DNA from: Candidatus Omnitrophota bacterium | GTDB taxonomy: Bacteria > Omnitrophota > Gorgyraeia > VGKH01 | Assembly (NCBI GenBank): GCA_022703055.1 | Contig: JAKLEP010000001.1 | Span: 282,850-346,849 of the forward strand | DNA: 64,000 nt | Reading direction: 5' to 3' | In this document: piece by piece, positions 13,979-25,395 of the stretch | How positions within the stretch are numbered: position 1 is the first letter of the stretch | How the letters are laid out: each line of letters opens with the position of its first letter | Notes under the pieces: model-generated | Seen by the model: only the letters and a program-made list of their open reading frames with translations | Database searches by the model: none | What the model was told of the DNA's origin: nothing | Position numbers and translations under genes: made by a program

Positions 13979-14278
13979 ATGCAGAAAATTTGGATTAGAC
14001 TAAAAGCTTTTGACCATAGGCTGTTAGATCAGTCGACGCAAGAGATCGTCGAGACAGCGAAGCGCACCGGAGCCAAAGTTTCCGGTCCCATACCGCTACC
14101 GACCAAGAAAGAGGTCTATACGGTATTGCGCTCGCCCCATGTCGATAAGAAATCTCGGGAGCAATTCCAGATTTCTACTCACAAGCGGCTTTTGCAGTTG
14201 ATCGAGCCTACGGCAAAAACGATTGATGCTCTGAGGAAATTAAACCTTCCGGCTGGCGTCGACGTTGAAATAAAATAG
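13979..14278 (+). CDS. rpsJ: 30S ribosomal protein S10
   Basis: [42 protein letters not shown] is the canonical S10 N-terminus. The ORF track's TTG at 13928 adds 17 non-conserved residues, so ATG 13979 is preferred. Confidence 0.94.
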   Translation: MQKIWIRLKAFDHRLLDQSTQEIVETAKRTGAKVSGPIPLPTKKEVYTVLRSPHVDKKSREQFQISTHKRLLQLIEPTAKTIDALRKLNLPAGVDVEIK

Positions 14279-14286
14279 GTAGGATC

Positions 14287-14994
14287 ATGGCACTAGGTTT
14301 GATTGGTAAAAAAATTGGAATGACGCAAGTTTTTAGCGATGACAAAAGGATTCCTGTCACGGCCATCGAGGCAGGACCCTGTTTTGTCTTAGCCAAAAAC
14401 GACAAGAAGGTTCAGTTGGGTTTTGAGGAAGTAAAAGAATCAAAGCTCAAAAAACCCCAGAGAGAATTCTTCAAGAAGTCCAAGATTAAATTCTTGCGTT
14501 ATATCCGGGAATTTGCCCAGGATGCCAGTACCGACTACCAGATAGGCCAGGAGCTAAAAGCTAATCTATTCAGCGAAGGCGACTTCGTGGATATAACAGG
14601 AATTTCTATTGGAAAAGGTTTCCAGGGCGGAGTTAAGCGTTGGCATTGGCACGGCGGACCTATGACGCACGGGTCGATGTCTCATCGAAGAATAGGATCC
14701 ATCAGCTCCAGTTCTGACCCTTCCAGAGTATTTAAAGGCCATCATCTTCCCGGCCATATGGGTATGGACAGAGTCACGGTAAAGAATTTAAAGGTAATAA
14801 AAATAGATGCAGAAAATAATTTAATGTTGGTTAAAGGCGCTGTTCCCGGCCATCGCGATGGTTTGCTTACTATCAATCTTTCTCGCAAGAAAAAGAAAAT
14901 AACGCCAGAGTCTAAACCGGAAGCTAAGAAGGAAGCCGAGCATAAAGCAAAGAAAGAATCAAAGCCCGAAGCTAAAAAAGAGGCTAAAAAATAA
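14287..14994 (+). CDS. rplC: 50S ribosomal protein L3 with Lys/Glu-rich C-terminal extension
   Basis: 235 aa. It has an L3 core (GLIGKKIGMTQVF, FQGGVKRWHWHGGPMTHGS). The tail contains the duplicated peptide ESKPEAKKEA. Confidence 0.96.
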   Translation: MALGLIGKKIGMTQVFSDDKRIPVTAIEAGPCFVLAKNDKKVQLGFEEVKESKLKKPQREFFKKSKIKFLRYIREFAQDASTDYQIGQELKANLFSEGDFVDITGISIGKGFQGGVKRWHWHGGPMTHGSMSHRRIGSISSSSDPSRVFKGHHLPGHMGMDRVTVKNLKVIKIDAENNLMLVKGAVPGHRDGLLTINLSRKKKKITPESKPEAKKEAEHKAKKESKPEAKKEAKK

Positions 14995-14996
14995 TT

Positions 14997-15626
14997 ATGC
15001 CAGACAATATCGCAGTTTACAATCAGGAAGGCAAGCAAGTAGAGAAGATGGAGCTCAACAAGAACATCTTCGATGGGATTGTTAATTCCGATTTGCTTTA
15101 TCAAGTGGTTAAGATGTACCACGCCAACAAACGCCAGGGTACGGCTTCAACCAAAACCAGAGGTGAAGTTTCCGGTGGAGGGAAAAAGCCATGGAGACAA
15201 AAACATACCGGACGCGCACGCGCCGGTTCTATAAGGTCTCCGCTATGGAAAGGCGGCGGCGTTGTCTTTGGTCCGCACCCAAGAGAATTTAATTATACAT
15301 TATCCAAGAAAATAAGATTGGGCGCTTTAAAGTCCAGCATCAACGCCAAATTGAATTCCGAAGATTTGATAATCATCGAGAAAATCAGTTTGGATAATCT
15401 TAAGACCAAAGAAGTCAGCAAGATTTTAAATAATTTAAAGATTGAGGATAAGGCTTTGATAGTTTTGGACCCGAAAGAAAAGAATATTTCGCAGGCGGCA
15501 AGAAATATCCCCACTGTGCAGACTACCAGCTCAAGCGATTTGTCTGCCTATGATGTCTTGCATTCCAAGAAATTAATTTTGACGAAATCGGCTTTAAAAG
15601 GAATCATAAGTAGATTAAAAGGATAG
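14997..15626 (+). CDS. rplD: 50S ribosomal protein L4
   Basis: 209 aa with an L4-like motif (GGGKKPWRQKHTGRARAGSIRSPLWKGGGVVFGP). Position follows L3. Confidence 0.96.
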   Translation: MPDNIAVYNQEGKQVEKMELNKNIFDGIVNSDLLYQVVKMYHANKRQGTASTKTRGEVSGGGKKPWRQKHTGRARAGSIRSPLWKGGGVVFGPHPREFNYTLSKKIRLGALKSSINAKLNSEDLIIIEKISLDNLKTKEVSKILNNLKIEDKALIVLDPKEKNISQAARNIPTVQTTSSSDLSAYDVLHSKKLILTKSALKGIISRLKG

Positions 15627-15627
15627 C

Positions 15628-15906
15628 ATGGCGGATACTTACGATATAGTTAATAGTTTAGTCAGGACAGAAAAAGGTACGGTTTTAGAGCAGGACGGAA
15701 AATACATCTTTTCGGTTGCAAAAAAAGCCAATAAGATTCAGATTAAAAAAGCCATCGAAGACATATATAAGGTAAAGGTGCTTTCAGTCAACACCATGAA
15801 TATAAGAGGTAAGATGCGTAGAGTACGTACAGAGTTAGGCAAGACAGCTGACTGGAAGAAAGCAGTCGTAACGCTAGTAGCCGGCAATAAGATTGAGGTG
15901 ACATAA
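15628..15906 (+). CDS. rplW: 50S ribosomal protein L23
   Basis: 92 aa. It sits between L4 and L2 and has an L23-like sequence (VRTEKGT..., [12 protein letters not shown]). Confidence 0.94.
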   Translation: MADTYDIVNSLVRTEKGTVLEQDGKYIFSVAKKANKIQIKKAIEDIYKVKVLSVNTMNIRGKMRRVRTELGKTADWKKAVVTLVAGNKIEVT

Positions 15907-15907
15907 A

Positions 15908-16738
15908 TTGGGAGTCAAGAAATTCAAACCCACAACGCCTAATTTAAGGTTTACAGTTATCAGCGATTTTAAGGATATTACCAAAAAATATCCCGAGAAG
16001 AGCCTGCTTGAGCCTTTAAGAAAAAGTGGCGGCAGAAATTCCTACGGAAGAATCACTGCCAGGGGTATCGGCGGCGGTAATAAGCGCATGTACCGGGTAA
16101 TTGATTTTAAGCGCGATAGATTTGATGCACCGGCAAAAGTTTTGGCTCTAGAGTATGATCCTAACCGTTCTGCCCGTATAGCCCTTATCCAATATGGCGA
16201 TGGCCAGAAGAGTTATATTTTAGCTCCATTTGATTTGAAAGTCGGCGATGAGATAATAAGTACAAGACAGAGCGCAGAGATTCAGGTAGGCAATTGTATG
16301 CCTTTACGTAATATTCCGCTGGGTATTGCTATCCATAATTTGGAAGTTAAAACAAATAGTAATGCCCAGATGGTCCGTGGCGCCGGTACTTCCGCGCAGA
16401 TTATGGCTAAGGAAGGAGATTTTGCCCAGGTTCAGCTTCCGTCGGGAGAAATAAGATTATTCCATTTAGACTGTCGCGCGACAATCGGCCAGGTAGGCAA
16501 TATCGAACATAGCAGCATTTCTTTAGGCAAGGCAGGCAGGTCCCGCTGGTACGGTAAGAGACCTCTTTCAAGAGGCTTGGCAATGAATCCTCATGACCAT
16601 CCGCATGGCGGAGGAGAAGGAAAATCAGGCCAGGGTAATCCTCATCCGGTTTCACCTTGGGGCATGCCGACAAAGGGATATAAAACAAGGAAAAAGACAA
16701 AATATTCAGACAGGTTTATCGTAAAGAGAAGAAGATAA
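15908..16738 (+). CDS. rplB: 50S ribosomal protein L2
   Basis: 276 aa with a TTG start. Motifs: [33 protein letters not shown]. Confidence 0.97.
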   Translation: MGVKKFKPTTPNLRFTVISDFKDITKKYPEKSLLEPLRKSGGRNSYGRITARGIGGGNKRMYRVIDFKRDRFDAPAKVLALEYDPNRSARIALIQYGDGQKSYILAPFDLKVGDEIISTRQSAEIQVGNCMPLRNIPLGIAIHNLEVKTNSNAQMVRGAGTSAQIMAKEGDFAQVQLPSGEIRLFHLDCRATIGQVGNIEHSSISLGKAGRSRWYGKRPLSRGLAMNPHDHPHGGGEGKSGQGNPHPVSPWGMPTKGYKTRKKTKYSDRFIVKRRR

Positions 16739-16739
16739 T

Positions 16740-17027
16740 ATGGCACGTTCAATAAAAAAAGGCGCGTTTGTAGAAGAAAGTTTGGTAAAGAAGATTGATA
16801 GCATGCGTAATTCCGGCAGGAAGCAGCCAGTCAAGACATGGTCTAGGCGTTCTACAGTAATTCCAGATTTTGTCGGTTTTACCATTGCTATTCATGACGG
16901 GAAAAAGCATGTGCCTGTATTTATCACAGAAAATATGGTAGGCCACAAGCTCGGCGAGTTTGCTCCGTCAAGAATTTTCAGAAAACACGGCGGCGTAAAA
17001 GCCAAGAAATCGGCAGAGTTAACTTAA
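16740..17027 (+). CDS. rpsS: 30S ribosomal protein S19
   Basis: 95 aa: [11 protein letters not shown]..., [30 protein letters not shown]. Confidence 0.97.
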   Translation: MARSIKKGAFVEESLVKKIDSMRNSGRKQPVKTWSRRSTVIPDFVGFTIAIHDGKKHVPVFITENMVGHKLGEFAPSRIFRKHGGVKAKKSAELT

Positions 17028-17037
17028 TAATAAAAAT

Positions 17038-17373
17038 ATGATAGCTCAAGCAAAAGGAAAATTTTTAAGATTATCACCGAGAAAGACAAGACAGGTTATT
17101 GACCTCTTAAGGGGCCAGAGCGTGAATAATGCCTTGGCGATTTTGGCCAATATAAATAAACGCTCCAAGCCTTACGTCGAGAAGATTCTTAAATCTGCGA
17201 TAAGCAATGCCAAACAAAAAGGCCTGCAGGAGGATCAATTATTTATATCTAAGATTACCGCAGATGAAGGCCCGATGTGGAAGAGATTCAGAGCCGTGGC
17301 TTTCGGAAGAGCGACGAAGATATTAAGAAGAACTTCGCATATAAAAATAGAGTTAGATCTAAAATCTAAATAA
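17038..17373 (+). CDS. rplV: 50S ribosomal protein L22
   Basis: 111 aa with an L22-like sequence ([31 protein letters not shown]). Position is conserved. Confidence 0.95.
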   Translation: MIAQAKGKFLRLSPRKTRQVIDLLRGQSVNNALAILANINKRSKPYVEKILKSAISNAKQKGLQEDQLFISKITADEGPMWKRFRAVAFGRATKILRRTSHIKIELDLKSK

Positions 17374-17380
17374 GGAGCAT

Positions 17381-18103
17381 ATGGGACAAAAGGTTCATCC
17401 GTTAATACAGAGAATAGGCTTCATAAAGGATTGGAGCAGCAAATGGACTGCCTCCAAGAAAGATTTCGCCAAGAACATCCTTGAAGACGTGAAGATTAGA
17501 AAATTTATTAAGAAGAAATATTTGCAGGCGGCGATTGCGAAAATAGTTATCGAGCGTTACACCGATAGAGTAACCATCAGAATTCATACCGCCAGACCCG
17601 GAATTGTTATCGGCAGGCACGGCGCAGATATAGAGAAATTGAGAGCGGATTTGTCCGATATCGTCAAAAGAGAGATAAATATCGAAATTGAAGAAATCTC
17701 CGAGCCATTTAAGGAAGCCCAGTTAGTTGCCGAGAATATAGCTTTTCAGATTGAGAAAAGAGTAGCTTTCCGTAGGGCGATGAAGCGTGCGATAGAACAA
17801 TCAATGAATGCAGGCGCCTTAGGTATCAAGATAATTTGTAAAGGCAGATTAGGTGGCGCGGAAATGTCTAGGGCAGAGTCATACAGGAGAGGTAAAGTTC
17901 CTCTTCAGACATTACGGGCCGATATTGATTATGGTTTTACCGAGGCGGTCACCACATATGGGCTCATAGGCGTAAAGGTTTGGATTTATCGAGGAGATAT
18001 TATGCCCGAGAAGAAAATAAAAACAACTCAAGCACCAGAAGCAATTATTGCAAAAGAGGAAGTAAAAGATGGCGATGATGCCCAAAAGAGTAAAATATCG
18101 TAA
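17381..18103 (+). CDS. rpsC: 30S ribosomal protein S3
   Basis: 240 aa: MGQKVHP..., KH domain, [13 protein letters not shown] charged C-terminal tail overlaps rplP. Confidence 0.97.
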   Translation: MGQKVHPLIQRIGFIKDWSSKWTASKKDFAKNILEDVKIRKFIKKKYLQAAIAKIVIERYTDRVTIRIHTARPGIVIGRHGADIEKLRADLSDIVKREINIEIEEISEPFKEAQLVAENIAFQIEKRVAFRRAMKRAIEQSMNAGALGIKIICKGRLGGAEMSRAESYRRGKVPLQTLRADIDYGFTEAVTTYGLIGVKVWIYRGDIMPEKKIKTTQAPEAIIAKEEVKDGDDAQKSKIS

Positions 18104-18485
18104 GGCACAAAGAGGAAGCCGCAAAGGAATATCTACCAGAGGCAGCGAGCTAAGTTTCGGCGAATACGGCTTAAAAGCTCTCGAGAATGCCTGGATGAAA
18201 AATAACCAGATTGAGTCTATCCGTGTGGCTATCACTAGAAAATTACAGCGCGGTGGTAAGCTTTGGATCAGAGTGTTTCCCGATAAGCCGGTCACTAAGA
18301 AGCCCGCAGAAACACGTCAGGGAAAAGGCAAAGGCGATTTAAGCCATTGGGTAGCCGTGGTAAAAAGAGGCAGAGTTCTTTTTGAATTAGGCGGCATCCC
18401 TGAAGAGTTGGCGCGCCAGGTTTTCCGTTTGGCAGCTTATAAGTTGCCGTTTAATACAAAATTTATAACCAGGGCGCACGTTTAA
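18069..18485 (+). CDS. rplP: 50S ribosomal protein L16
   Basis: [16 protein letters not shown]... is the L16 signature. The true start may be ATG 18075, which gives [10 protein letters not shown]. Confidence 0.95.
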   Translation: MAMMPKRVKYRKAQRGSRKGISTRGSELSFGEYGLKALENAWMKNNQIESIRVAITRKLQRGGKLWIRVFPDKPVTKKPAETRQGKGKGDLSHWVAVVKRGRVLFELGGIPEELARQVFRLAAYKLPFNTKFITRAHV

Positions 18486-18500
18486 AAAAGAGATTATAAA

Positions 18501-18695
18501 ATGAAGATTAAAGAAATAAGAGATCTATCAACCGACGACATAAATCAGAAGAAAAACGATTTGAAAAAGCAGCTATACGCTTTGAATTATGACCGTAAGG
18601 TAGGCAGGGTAGAAAAGCCGCACATGTTTAGTTTAATTAAGAAAGACATAGCCAGAATCAATACGATTTTAAATGAGCGAAAGAGAAAGAAATGA
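18501..18695 (+). CDS. rpmC: 50S ribosomal protein L29
   Basis: 64 aa: [30 protein letters not shown]. Position follows L16. Confidence 0.94.
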   Translation: MKIKEIRDLSTDDINQKKNDLKKQLYALNYDRKVGRVEKPHMFSLIKKDIARINTILNERKRKK

Positions 18696-18946
18696 GCGAT
18701 CTGGGAAAAAGAAAAGAAAGAATAGGCATAGTAGTTTCAGATAAAATGAACAAGACTCGCGTCGTAAGGGTTGAAAGGCTTGCCCGCCATCGTGATTACG
18801 ATAAAATCATGAAGATGGCAAATAAATTTAAAGCCCACGACGAGAAGAACGCCTCCAAGACCGGGGACAGAGTCAGGATAGTTGAGACGCGTCCATTATC
18901 CAAGGATAAACGCTGGAGAATAGTTGAGGTCTTGCCGGCTGCTTAA
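18692..18946 (+). CDS. rpsQ: 30S ribosomal protein S17
   Basis: 84 aa: [20 protein letters not shown]..., [23 protein letters not shown]. Confidence 0.96.
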   Translation: MSDLGKRKERIGIVVSDKMNKTRVVRVERLARHRDYDKIMKMANKFKAHDEKNASKTGDRVRIVETRPLSKDKRWRIVEVLPAA

Positions 18947-18957
18947 GAGGAATTAAA

Positions 18958-19326
18958 ATGATTATTCTACGTTCAATTTTAGATGTTGCGGACAATACAG
19001 GAGCAAAGAAAGCTTCTATGATCGGCGTACTCGGCAGGCACACAAGGCAGTATGCCGAAGTTGGCGACATAATCAATGTTAACATTAAGGAATCAGCTGC
19101 AAATGCAACCGTGAAAAAAGGAGAAAAATCCAGGGCGGTAGTAGTCAGGACTAAATCAGCAATCTCCCGTCCAGATGGTTCTTATTTAAGATTTGACGGA
19201 AACGCCGTTGTCTTGATAGATAATCAATCAGAGCCGAAGGGCACAAGAGTATTCGGCCCCGTTGCCAGGGAATTACGCGATAAGAATTTCGCCAAAATAA
19301 TTTCATTGGCACCCGAGGTGCTTTAA
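18958..19326 (+). CDS. rplN: 50S ribosomal protein L14
   Basis: 122 aa: [18 protein letters not shown]..., [24 protein letters not shown]. Confidence 0.97.
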   Translation: MIILRSILDVADNTGAKKASMIGVLGRHTRQYAEVGDIINVNIKESAANATVKKGEKSRAVVVRTKSAISRPDGSYLRFDGNAVVLIDNQSEPKGTRVFGPVARELRDKNFAKIISLAPEVL

Positions 19327-19328
19327 TT

Positions 19329-19640
19329 ATGCTTAAGATACGCAAAGACGACACAGTATTGGTTATTGCCGGAAAAGACAGAGGGAAAAAAGGCAAGGTT
19401 CTGCATGTTTTTCCTAAAATTAACCGTGCGCTTGTCGAGAGAGTCAATATGATGAAGAAGCATGTCAGGAAAAGACGCGAACAAGACCAGGCCGGCATAC
19501 TAGAGATGGAATCCCCGATTAATGTATCCAATTTAATGGTTGTCTGCAAACACTGCAGCAAGCCAACAAGGGTTGGATTTAAGCTTTTAAAAGATAACAC
19601 TAAAACCAGAACATGCAAGAAATGCGGCGAGGCAATCTAA
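19329..19640 (+). CDS. rplX: 50S ribosomal protein L24 (with C-terminal Cys pair motif)
   Basis: 103 aa with the KOW motif [15 protein letters not shown]. The tail carries CKHC...CKKC. Confidence 0.95.
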   Translation: MLKIRKDDTVLVIAGKDRGKKGKVLHVFPKINRALVERVNMMKKHVRKRREQDQAGILEMESPINVSNLMVVCKHCSKPTRVGFKLLKDNTKTRTCKKCGEAI

Positions 19641-20185
19641 TGAAACCAAGATTAGTAGAAAAATATAATAATGAAATCATTCCTAAAATGATGGAGAGCT
19701 TTAAATATAAGAATAAGCTGCAAGTCCCCCGGTTGGTGAAGATTGTCGTAAACATGGGCGTAGGAGAAGCAATCCAGGATATAAAAATTATGGATCAGGC
19801 TATGGACGAACTCGCTACTATAACAGGACAGCGGCCTACTCTGCGTCGGGCCAAAAAGGCCATTTCTAATTTTAAGATTAGAGAAGGGCTTCCCGTCGGC
19901 TGCAAAGTTACATTAAGAAGGAATATGATGTATGAATTTCTAGACCGATTGGTAAATGTCGCGCTGCCTAGAATCCGTGATTTTGGTGGAGTGCCGCCAG
20001 ATTCATTTGACCAAGGAGGCAACTACAGTTTAGGTTTAAGTGAACAGACGATTTTCCCTGAGATAGAAACGGATAAAACTCCCAGGGTTCAAGGCATGGA
20101 TATAACCATAGTTACAACCGCGAAAAACAAAGAGGAATCCAAAGAGCTTTTAAGGCTTTTTGGATTACCATTTAGGAAAAACTAA
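19640..20185 (+). CDS. rplE: 50S ribosomal protein L5
   Basis: [21 protein letters not shown]... is the canonical L5 start. ATG 19640 shares a base with the rplX stop (TAATG). The ORF track's earlier start at 19613 lies inside rplX. Confidence 0.95.
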   Translation: MKPRLVEKYNNEIIPKMMESFKYKNKLQVPRLVKIVVNMGVGEAIQDIKIMDQAMDELATITGQRPTLRRAKKAISNFKIREGLPVGCKVTLRRNMMYEFLDRLVNVALPRIRDFGGVPPDSFDQGGNYSLGLSEQTIFPEIETDKTPRVQGMDITIVTTAKNKEESKELLRLFGLPFRKN

Positions 20186-20189
20186 AGAT

Positions 20190-20375
20190 ATGGCAAAAAA
20201 ATCTCAAATTAACCGCTGGAAAAGAAAGCCGAAGTTTAGCACTCGCAAATATAATCGTTGTTCGCTCTGCGGAAGAAGAAGAGGCTATCTCAGTCGCTTT
20301 CAGCTTTGCAGAATTTGCTTCAGGGAACTAGCCTGGAAAGGTGAAATCCCCGGAGTAAAAAAAGCCAGCTGGTAG
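20190..20375 (+). CDS. rpsN: 30S ribosomal protein S14, short zinc-binding (type Z) form
   Basis: 61 aa: [61 protein letters not shown], with CxxC...CxxC. ATG 20190 is preferred over TTG 20160. Confidence 0.95.
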   Translation: MAKKSQINRWKRKPKFSTRKYNRCSLCGRRRGYLSRFQLCRICFRELAWKGEIPGVKKASW

Positions 20376-20397
20376 AAATCAAGGAGAATATACAAAA

Positions 20398-20796
20398 ATG
20401 TCATTGACTGATCCAATTGCAAATATGTTGACTTCGATTCGTAACGCCAATAGAGGTAAGAAAGAGACTGTTGATGTTCCTGCTTCTAAAATGGCGCTGG
20501 CAATAGTAGATTTGCTTAAAAAACAGGGTTATATCGAGAATTTCCGCAAGATGGAAGATAAGAAGCAGGGGAGCCTAAGGGTATATCTTAAGTTTGATGA
20601 AGAAGCCAATCCCGTGATTAGCGGATTGAAGAGGATTTCTCGACCAGGATTAAGGGTCTACGCAGACAGAGAAAACATCCCCAGAGTTCTTAACGGATTA
20701 GGGCTGGCGATTCTTTCGACCTCAAAAGGTATTCTGACGGATAGCCAAGCGCGACAACATAATGTTGGCGGCGAAGTAATCTGTTACGTTTGGTAG
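20398..20796 (+). CDS. rpsH: 30S ribosomal protein S8
   Basis: 132 aa: MSLTDPIANMLTSIRNA..., GGEVICYVW. Confidence 0.97.
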   Translation: MSLTDPIANMLTSIRNANRGKKETVDVPASKMALAIVDLLKKQGYIENFRKMEDKKQGSLRVYLKFDEEANPVISGLKRISRPGLRVYADRENIPRVLNGLGLAILSTSKGILTDSQARQHNVGGEVICYVW

Positions 20797-20802
20797 GTAG
20801 AT

Positions 20803-21342
20803 ATGTCAAGAATAGGAAAAAAACCAATAGATATTCCGGATAAAGTTAAGGCAAGCGTAGATGGCAGTATCTTAACTATCGAAGGCCCCAAAGGCAAGCT
20901 TGAGCATAGAGCTCCGCTAGGCATAAAAATCGAGGTTAAAGACAAAAGCATCTCTGTATCTCGTAGTTCCGATACTAAGATTCAGAAGGCGCTTCATGGA
21001 GTAACGAGAACTTTGATCGTCAATATGATTAAAGGTTGTGTCGAAGGGTATCTAAAGGAATTGGACGTAGTCGGTGTGGGATTCCGCGCCCAGGTCCAGG
21101 GAAATACTTTGAATATGCAGTTAGGTTTTACTCATCCGGTTAATTTTCCGTTTCCGCAAGATATAAAGATTTCGACCCCTAATCCGAACCGTATTAGGAT
21201 TGAAGGCATAGATAAGGTAAAAGTCGGCGAGATAGCCGCCGAGATCAGAAGGATATTCCCGCCCGAGCCATATAAGGGTAAAGGCATAAGATATGTCGGG
21301 GAATTTGTCAGAAGAAAACAAGGCAAAGCAGTAACCAAATAA
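20803..21342 (+). CDS. rplF: 50S ribosomal protein L6
   Basis: 179 aa: [12 protein letters not shown]..., [11 protein letters not shown]. Confidence 0.97.
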   Translation: MSRIGKKPIDIPDKVKASVDGSILTIEGPKGKLEHRAPLGIKIEVKDKSISVSRSSDTKIQKALHGVTRTLIVNMIKGCVEGYLKELDVVGVGFRAQVQGNTLNMQLGFTHPVNFPFPQDIKISTPNPNRIRIEGIDKVKVGEIAAEIRRIFPPEPYKGKGIRYVGEFVRRKQGKAVTK

Positions 21343-21347
21343 AAAAT

Positions 21348-21704
21348 ATGAAAAGACGTACCCCAAGAGCGATAAGGCAGAGAAGAATAAGGACAAGAGT
21401 CATCGGCACTCCCGAAAAACCGAGATTGAACATATTCAGGAGCCTAAAGCATCTTTCCGTGCAGTTTATCGATGATATAGAAGGAAAAGTATTGCTTAGG
21501 GTTTCTACTTTAGATAAAGATTTAAAGGATAAAATTAAATATGGCGGGAACATTAAAGCCGCATCTATCTTAGGCGAAGCTGTTGCCACTAAAGCCAAGG
21601 CCAAAGGGATAAGTAAAGTTTGCTTTGACCGTGGTGGATACCTTTATCACGGTAGGATAAGAGCGCTCGCCGACGCGGCAAGAAAAGCAGGATTGGAATT
21701 TTAA
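21348..21704 (+). CDS. rplR: 50S ribosomal protein L18
   Basis: 118 aa: [31 protein letters not shown]..., [26 protein letters not shown]. Confidence 0.96.
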   Translation: MKRRTPRAIRQRRIRTRVIGTPEKPRLNIFRSLKHLSVQFIDDIEGKVLLRVSTLDKDLKDKIKYGGNIKAASILGEAVATKAKAKGISKVCFDRGGYLYHGRIRALADAARKAGLEF

Positions 21705-22240
21705 TGGAAAATAAACCCGGATTACAAGAAGCAAAAGAATTTATTGAGAAGATAGTCGCGATTAACCGCGTAACCAAGGTCACCAAGGGCGGCAAGAAGA
21801 TGTCTTTCAGCGCCCTGGTTGCCGTCGGAGATGCCAATGGGAAAGTCGGCATGGCGCTAGGAAAGGCTAATGAAGTGGCCGATGCCATCAGAAAAGGCCT
21901 GGCCATGGCAAGAAGGGATATGTTTAATGTTGCCATGAAGGGTTCGACCATCACCCATACGATAATCGGCCGCTACGGCGCAGCCAAGGTATTGCTTAAG
22001 CCGGCTTCTCATGGAACAGGCGTTATCGCATCAGGTCCGGTAAGATCGCTTTGTGATTGCGTAGGAATCAAAGATATTCTAACTAAATGTTTGAAATCGG
22101 ATAACCCTATTAATGTCATGAGGGCTACCATAGATGGTTTTAAACATCTAAAATTTAAGGCGGCAAATATAGTAGAAGATTCTAAAGAAGAGACGAAAGA
22201 AGAGAATAAAAATGCAGATTCACCAGATACGGCCTCCTAA
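21704..22240 (+). CDS. rpsE: 30S ribosomal protein S5
   Basis: 178 aa: [36 protein letters not shown]. An acidic/basic C-terminal tail overlaps the rplO start. Confidence 0.96.
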   Translation: MENKPGLQEAKEFIEKIVAINRVTKVTKGGKKMSFSALVAVGDANGKVGMALGKANEVADAIRKGLAMARRDMFNVAMKGSTITHTIIGRYGAAKVLLKPASHGTGVIASGPVRSLCDCVGIKDILTKCLKSDNPINVMRATIDGFKHLKFKAANIVEDSKEETKEENKNADSPDTAS

Positions 22241-22658
22241 GGGAGCGATAAGAAAACGCAAAGTAGTAGGAAGAGGTACCGGCTCAGGCCACGGCAAAAC
22301 TTCGGGCCGAGGCCATAAGGGGCAGAATGCCCGTTCCGGGCGCGGCACGCGTCCAGGTTTCCAGGGCGGACAGTCGCCTTTAATCAAAAGTATTCCTAAA
22401 AGAGGCTTTACTTCTAAGAGAAAAAAGATCTTCCAGCTGGTTAGCTTAAAGAGTATCGCTAAATTTAAAGAAGATGCTCCTATAACTCCTGAAATGCTTA
22501 AGGAAAAAGGATTGATTAACAATCCTCACGGTTTAGTTAAGATTTTGGGCGGCGCAGAATTAAATAAGCCACTGACTGTAAAGGCACATAGTTTTTCTAA
22601 GAGCGCAGAAGAAAAAATTAAAACCAGTGGCGGTAAGATAGAGCTGATAAATGCTTAG
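22212..22658 (+). CDS. rplO: 50S ribosomal protein L15
   Basis: 148 aa: VGRGTGSGHGKTSGRGHKGQNARSG. It follows S5 directly, with no L30 gene between them. Confidence 0.96.
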   Translation: MQIHQIRPPKGAIRKRKVVGRGTGSGHGKTSGRGHKGQNARSGRGTRPGFQGGQSPLIKSIPKRGFTSKRKKIFQLVSLKSIAKFKEDAPITPEMLKEKGLINNPHGLVKILGGAELNKPLTVKAHSFSKSAEEKIKTSGGKIELINA

Positions 22659-23997
22659 TGCATTAGCAAATTCGTTTAGGATTCCGGATTTAAAAAAACG
22701 CATTCTTATTACTCTAGCGCTGATTGTAGTTTATAGGTTGGGATGTTTTATTCCCATACCGGGTATCAATACTCACGCCCTGGCGGAATTCTTCAATCGC
22801 TTGACAACCGGCCGAGGCGGAACGCTCTTTGGCATAATGAATATGTTTTCCGGTGGCGCTATGGAAAGGGCCACGCTGATGGCATTAGGTATTATGCCCT
22901 ATATATCGTCGTCAATTATTATGCAGTTATTGACCGCGGTAATACCGGCCTTGGAGAAATTAGCCAAAGAAGGTAAAGCCGGATACCATAAGATTAACCA
23001 GTATACCAGATACGGCACGGTGGCTCTTTGTTTAATTCAGTCTTATTTTATCGCGGTTTGGCTGGAGAGCCCGGTTCGTTTTCAAGGCCTAAACATTGTG
23101 ACTTTTCCGGGGTGGGGATTTAGATTTGTGACTATGGTCACTCTTACCTGCGGCGCGGTATTCCTTATGTGGTTGGGAGAACAGATACAGGAAAGAGGAA
23201 TAGGCCAAGGTATATCTTTGATTATTACCGCCGGTATTATTTCGCGTATTCCAACGGCTATGTATGAACTTTTTGTCTTGCTTTCTCCTAGTAATCCCGG
23301 CTTAAGACAGATTCAGCCGCTTACGCTTTTAGTAATGCTGTTTTTATTGTTCGGCGTAATTTTTGCCGTTACCATGATTACTCAGGGGCAGCGTAAGATC
23401 CCCGTTCAGTACGCAAGACGGGTTGTGGGAAGGCGAGTTTACGGCGGGCAAAGCACCTATATCCCCTTGAGGGTCGATACTTCCGGAGTTATCGCTATAA
23501 TCTTTGCGCAGTCGATTATTCTTTTCCCAGCGACGATGGCGTCTTTTATACCTAACCCGGCATTTCAAAGGTTTGCTGCGGCATTGACTCGAGGCAGCCC
23601 AGTTTATTATATTCTTTACGGAGTATTAATTGTTTTCTTCTGTTATTTTTATACGGCAATCGTATTTAATCCTATAGATGTTGCTGAGAATATGAAGAAA
23701 TACGGGGGATTTATCCCTGGAATAAGACCGGGAAACCCCACAGCAACCTTTCTTGATTTTGTATTGACGCGCATAACTTTAGCCGGAGCTTTATTTGTTT
23801 GCATCATTGCGGTATCCCCTGATTTTATCATGGCTTGGCTTAAAGTTCCGTATTTGGTTGCTTCGTTCTTTGGCGGCACGGGTATACTGATCATCGTTGG
23901 AGTCGTGCTCGATACGGTAAAACAGATTGAATCGCATCTTATTATGCGCCATTACGAAGGTTTTTTAAAGAGCGGTAAAATTCGAGGCAGACGATGA
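22651..23997 (+). CDS. secY: Preprotein translocase subunit SecY
   Basis: 448 aa polytopic membrane protein with SecY-like blocks (LGIMPYISSSIIMQLL, GEQIQERGIGQGISLII). Position after L15 is conserved. Confidence 0.98.
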   Translation: MLSALANSFRIPDLKKRILITLALIVVYRLGCFIPIPGINTHALAEFFNRLTTGRGGTLFGIMNMFSGGAMERATLMALGIMPYISSSIIMQLLTAVIPALEKLAKEGKAGYHKINQYTRYGTVALCLIQSYFIAVWLESPVRFQGLNIVTFPGWGFRFVTMVTLTCGAVFLMWLGEQIQERGIGQGISLIITAGIISRIPTAMYELFVLLSPSNPGLRQIQPLTLLVMLFLLFGVIFAVTMITQGQRKIPVQYARRVVGRRVYGGQSTYIPLRVDTSGVIAIIFAQSIILFPATMASFIPNPAFQRFAAALTRGSPVYYILYGVLIVFFCYFYTAIVFNPIDVAENMKKYGGFIPGIRPGNPTATFLDFVLTRITLAGALFVCIIAVSPDFIMAWLKVPYLVASFFGGTGILIIVGVVLDTVKQIESHLIMRHYEGFLKSGKIRGRR

Positions 23998-24653
23998 ACT
24001 TAGTGCTTTTGGGCCCTCCCGGAGCCGGGAAAGGAACTCAGGCCAAGGTATTGAATGAAGGCTTGAGACTTCCCCATATATCAACAGGCGATATATTGAG
24101 GGATTCGGTCAAGAAACAAACTAAGTTTGGGCTCGAGGTAAAGAAAATTATGGAGTCCGGAGCACTTGTTCCGGATGATTTGATAAATAAGATTATCGAG
24201 GAACGTTTAGCTCAACCCGATACAGAAAATGGCTTCATTCTTGACGGATTCCCCAGGACGAAGCAACAGGCCATCAAGCTTGATGAGATATTAAAGAAGC
24301 ATCCGGCTGGCGCAATCGATTTAGTTTTGTACTTTGACTCGACCTTAAAAGTGATTATTGAAAGATTAAGCGGAAGATTGGTCTGCCGCAACTGCGGGGC
24401 AAATTTTCATATTAAGAATGTTCCGCCCAAGAAAGACAGAATTTGCGATTTTTGCGGTGGAGAGCTTTATCAGAGGCAAGACGATAAAGAAGAGACAATA
24501 AAAAATCGCATTAAGGTTTACGAAGAATCGATTTCTCCTTTGATTGAATACTACGAAAAGCAGAATAAGATCAGAAAGATCAACGCTGATTTCTCGGCGC
24601 AAGAAGTCTATAAAGTCCTGATGAAACTTTTTAAGGACGAACATTTGTTATGA
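23994..24653 (+). CDS. adk: Adenylate kinase (zinc-lid type)
   Basis: 219 aa with the P-loop GPPGAGKGTQ and a lid carrying CRNCG...CDFCGG. Confidence 0.97.
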   Translation: MNLVLLGPPGAGKGTQAKVLNEGLRLPHISTGDILRDSVKKQTKFGLEVKKIMESGALVPDDLINKIIEERLAQPDTENGFILDGFPRTKQQAIKLDEILKKHPAGAIDLVLYFDSTLKVIIERLSGRLVCRNCGANFHIKNVPPKKDRICDFCGGELYQRQDDKEETIKNRIKVYEESISPLIEYYEKQNKIRKINADFSAQEVYKVLMKLFKDEHLL

Positions 24654-25393
24654 TTTTTTTAAAGACTAAAGAAGAAATCGAGTTAATGAGAGTCGCCGGT
24701 CAGAAATTAGCAAAAGTAGTCAGAAGAGTAGAAAAAGAAGTAAGGCCGGGTATTACCACGGCTGAAATAGATGATCTCGCAAGAGATCTGATTGAGAAAA
24801 CGGGTGGGTATCCGGCGTTTAAAGGATACAGAGGGTTTCCCTCGCATGCATGTGTTTCGGTAAACGAAGAAATCGTTCACGGCATACCCGGTGATAGACT
24901 GCTAAAAGATAAAGACATCGTCAGTATAGACCTGGGATTGAAATACGAGGGATATTTCGCAGATTCAGCTTTTACCATGGCGCTCGGTAAAGTCAATGGT
25001 AGGATTAAGAAGCTGATTGATGTAACAAAGAAAGCCCTCTATCTAGGAATTAATAAGGCAAGAGTAGATAATTGCCTGTTTGATATTTCTTATAGCATAC
25101 AGAATTTTGTCGAAGCAAATGGTTTTTCTGTTGTGCGTGATTTTGTGGGCCACGGTATCGGTAAGAAAATGCACGAAGACCCTGAAGTGCCCAATTTCGG
25201 CAAGGCCCATACCGGTCCTGTGTTGCAGGCTGGCATGGTTATAGCCATTGAACCCATGGTTAATATGGGCACCTGGGAAGTCGATATCTTAGATAATGGT
25301 TGGACAGCAGTAACCAAGGATGGAAAGCCTTCAGCGCACTTTGAACACACAGTTGCGATTACGGAAAAAGGGCCGCAGATACTAACGCAATAA
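24650..25393 (+). CDS. map: Type I methionine aminopeptidase
   Basis: 247 aa with a metal-ligand context ([36 protein letters not shown]). Confidence 0.97.
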   Translation: MIFLKTKEEIELMRVAGQKLAKVVRRVEKEVRPGITTAEIDDLARDLIEKTGGYPAFKGYRGFPSHACVSVNEEIVHGIPGDRLLKDKDIVSIDLGLKYEGYFADSAFTMALGKVNGRIKKLIDVTKKALYLGINKARVDNCLFDISYSIQNFVEANGFSVVRDFVGHGIGKKMHEDPEVPNFGKAHTGPVLQAGMVIAIEPMVNMGTWEVDILDNGWTAVTKDGKPSAHFEHTVAITEKGPQILTQ

Positions 25394-25395
25394 AT

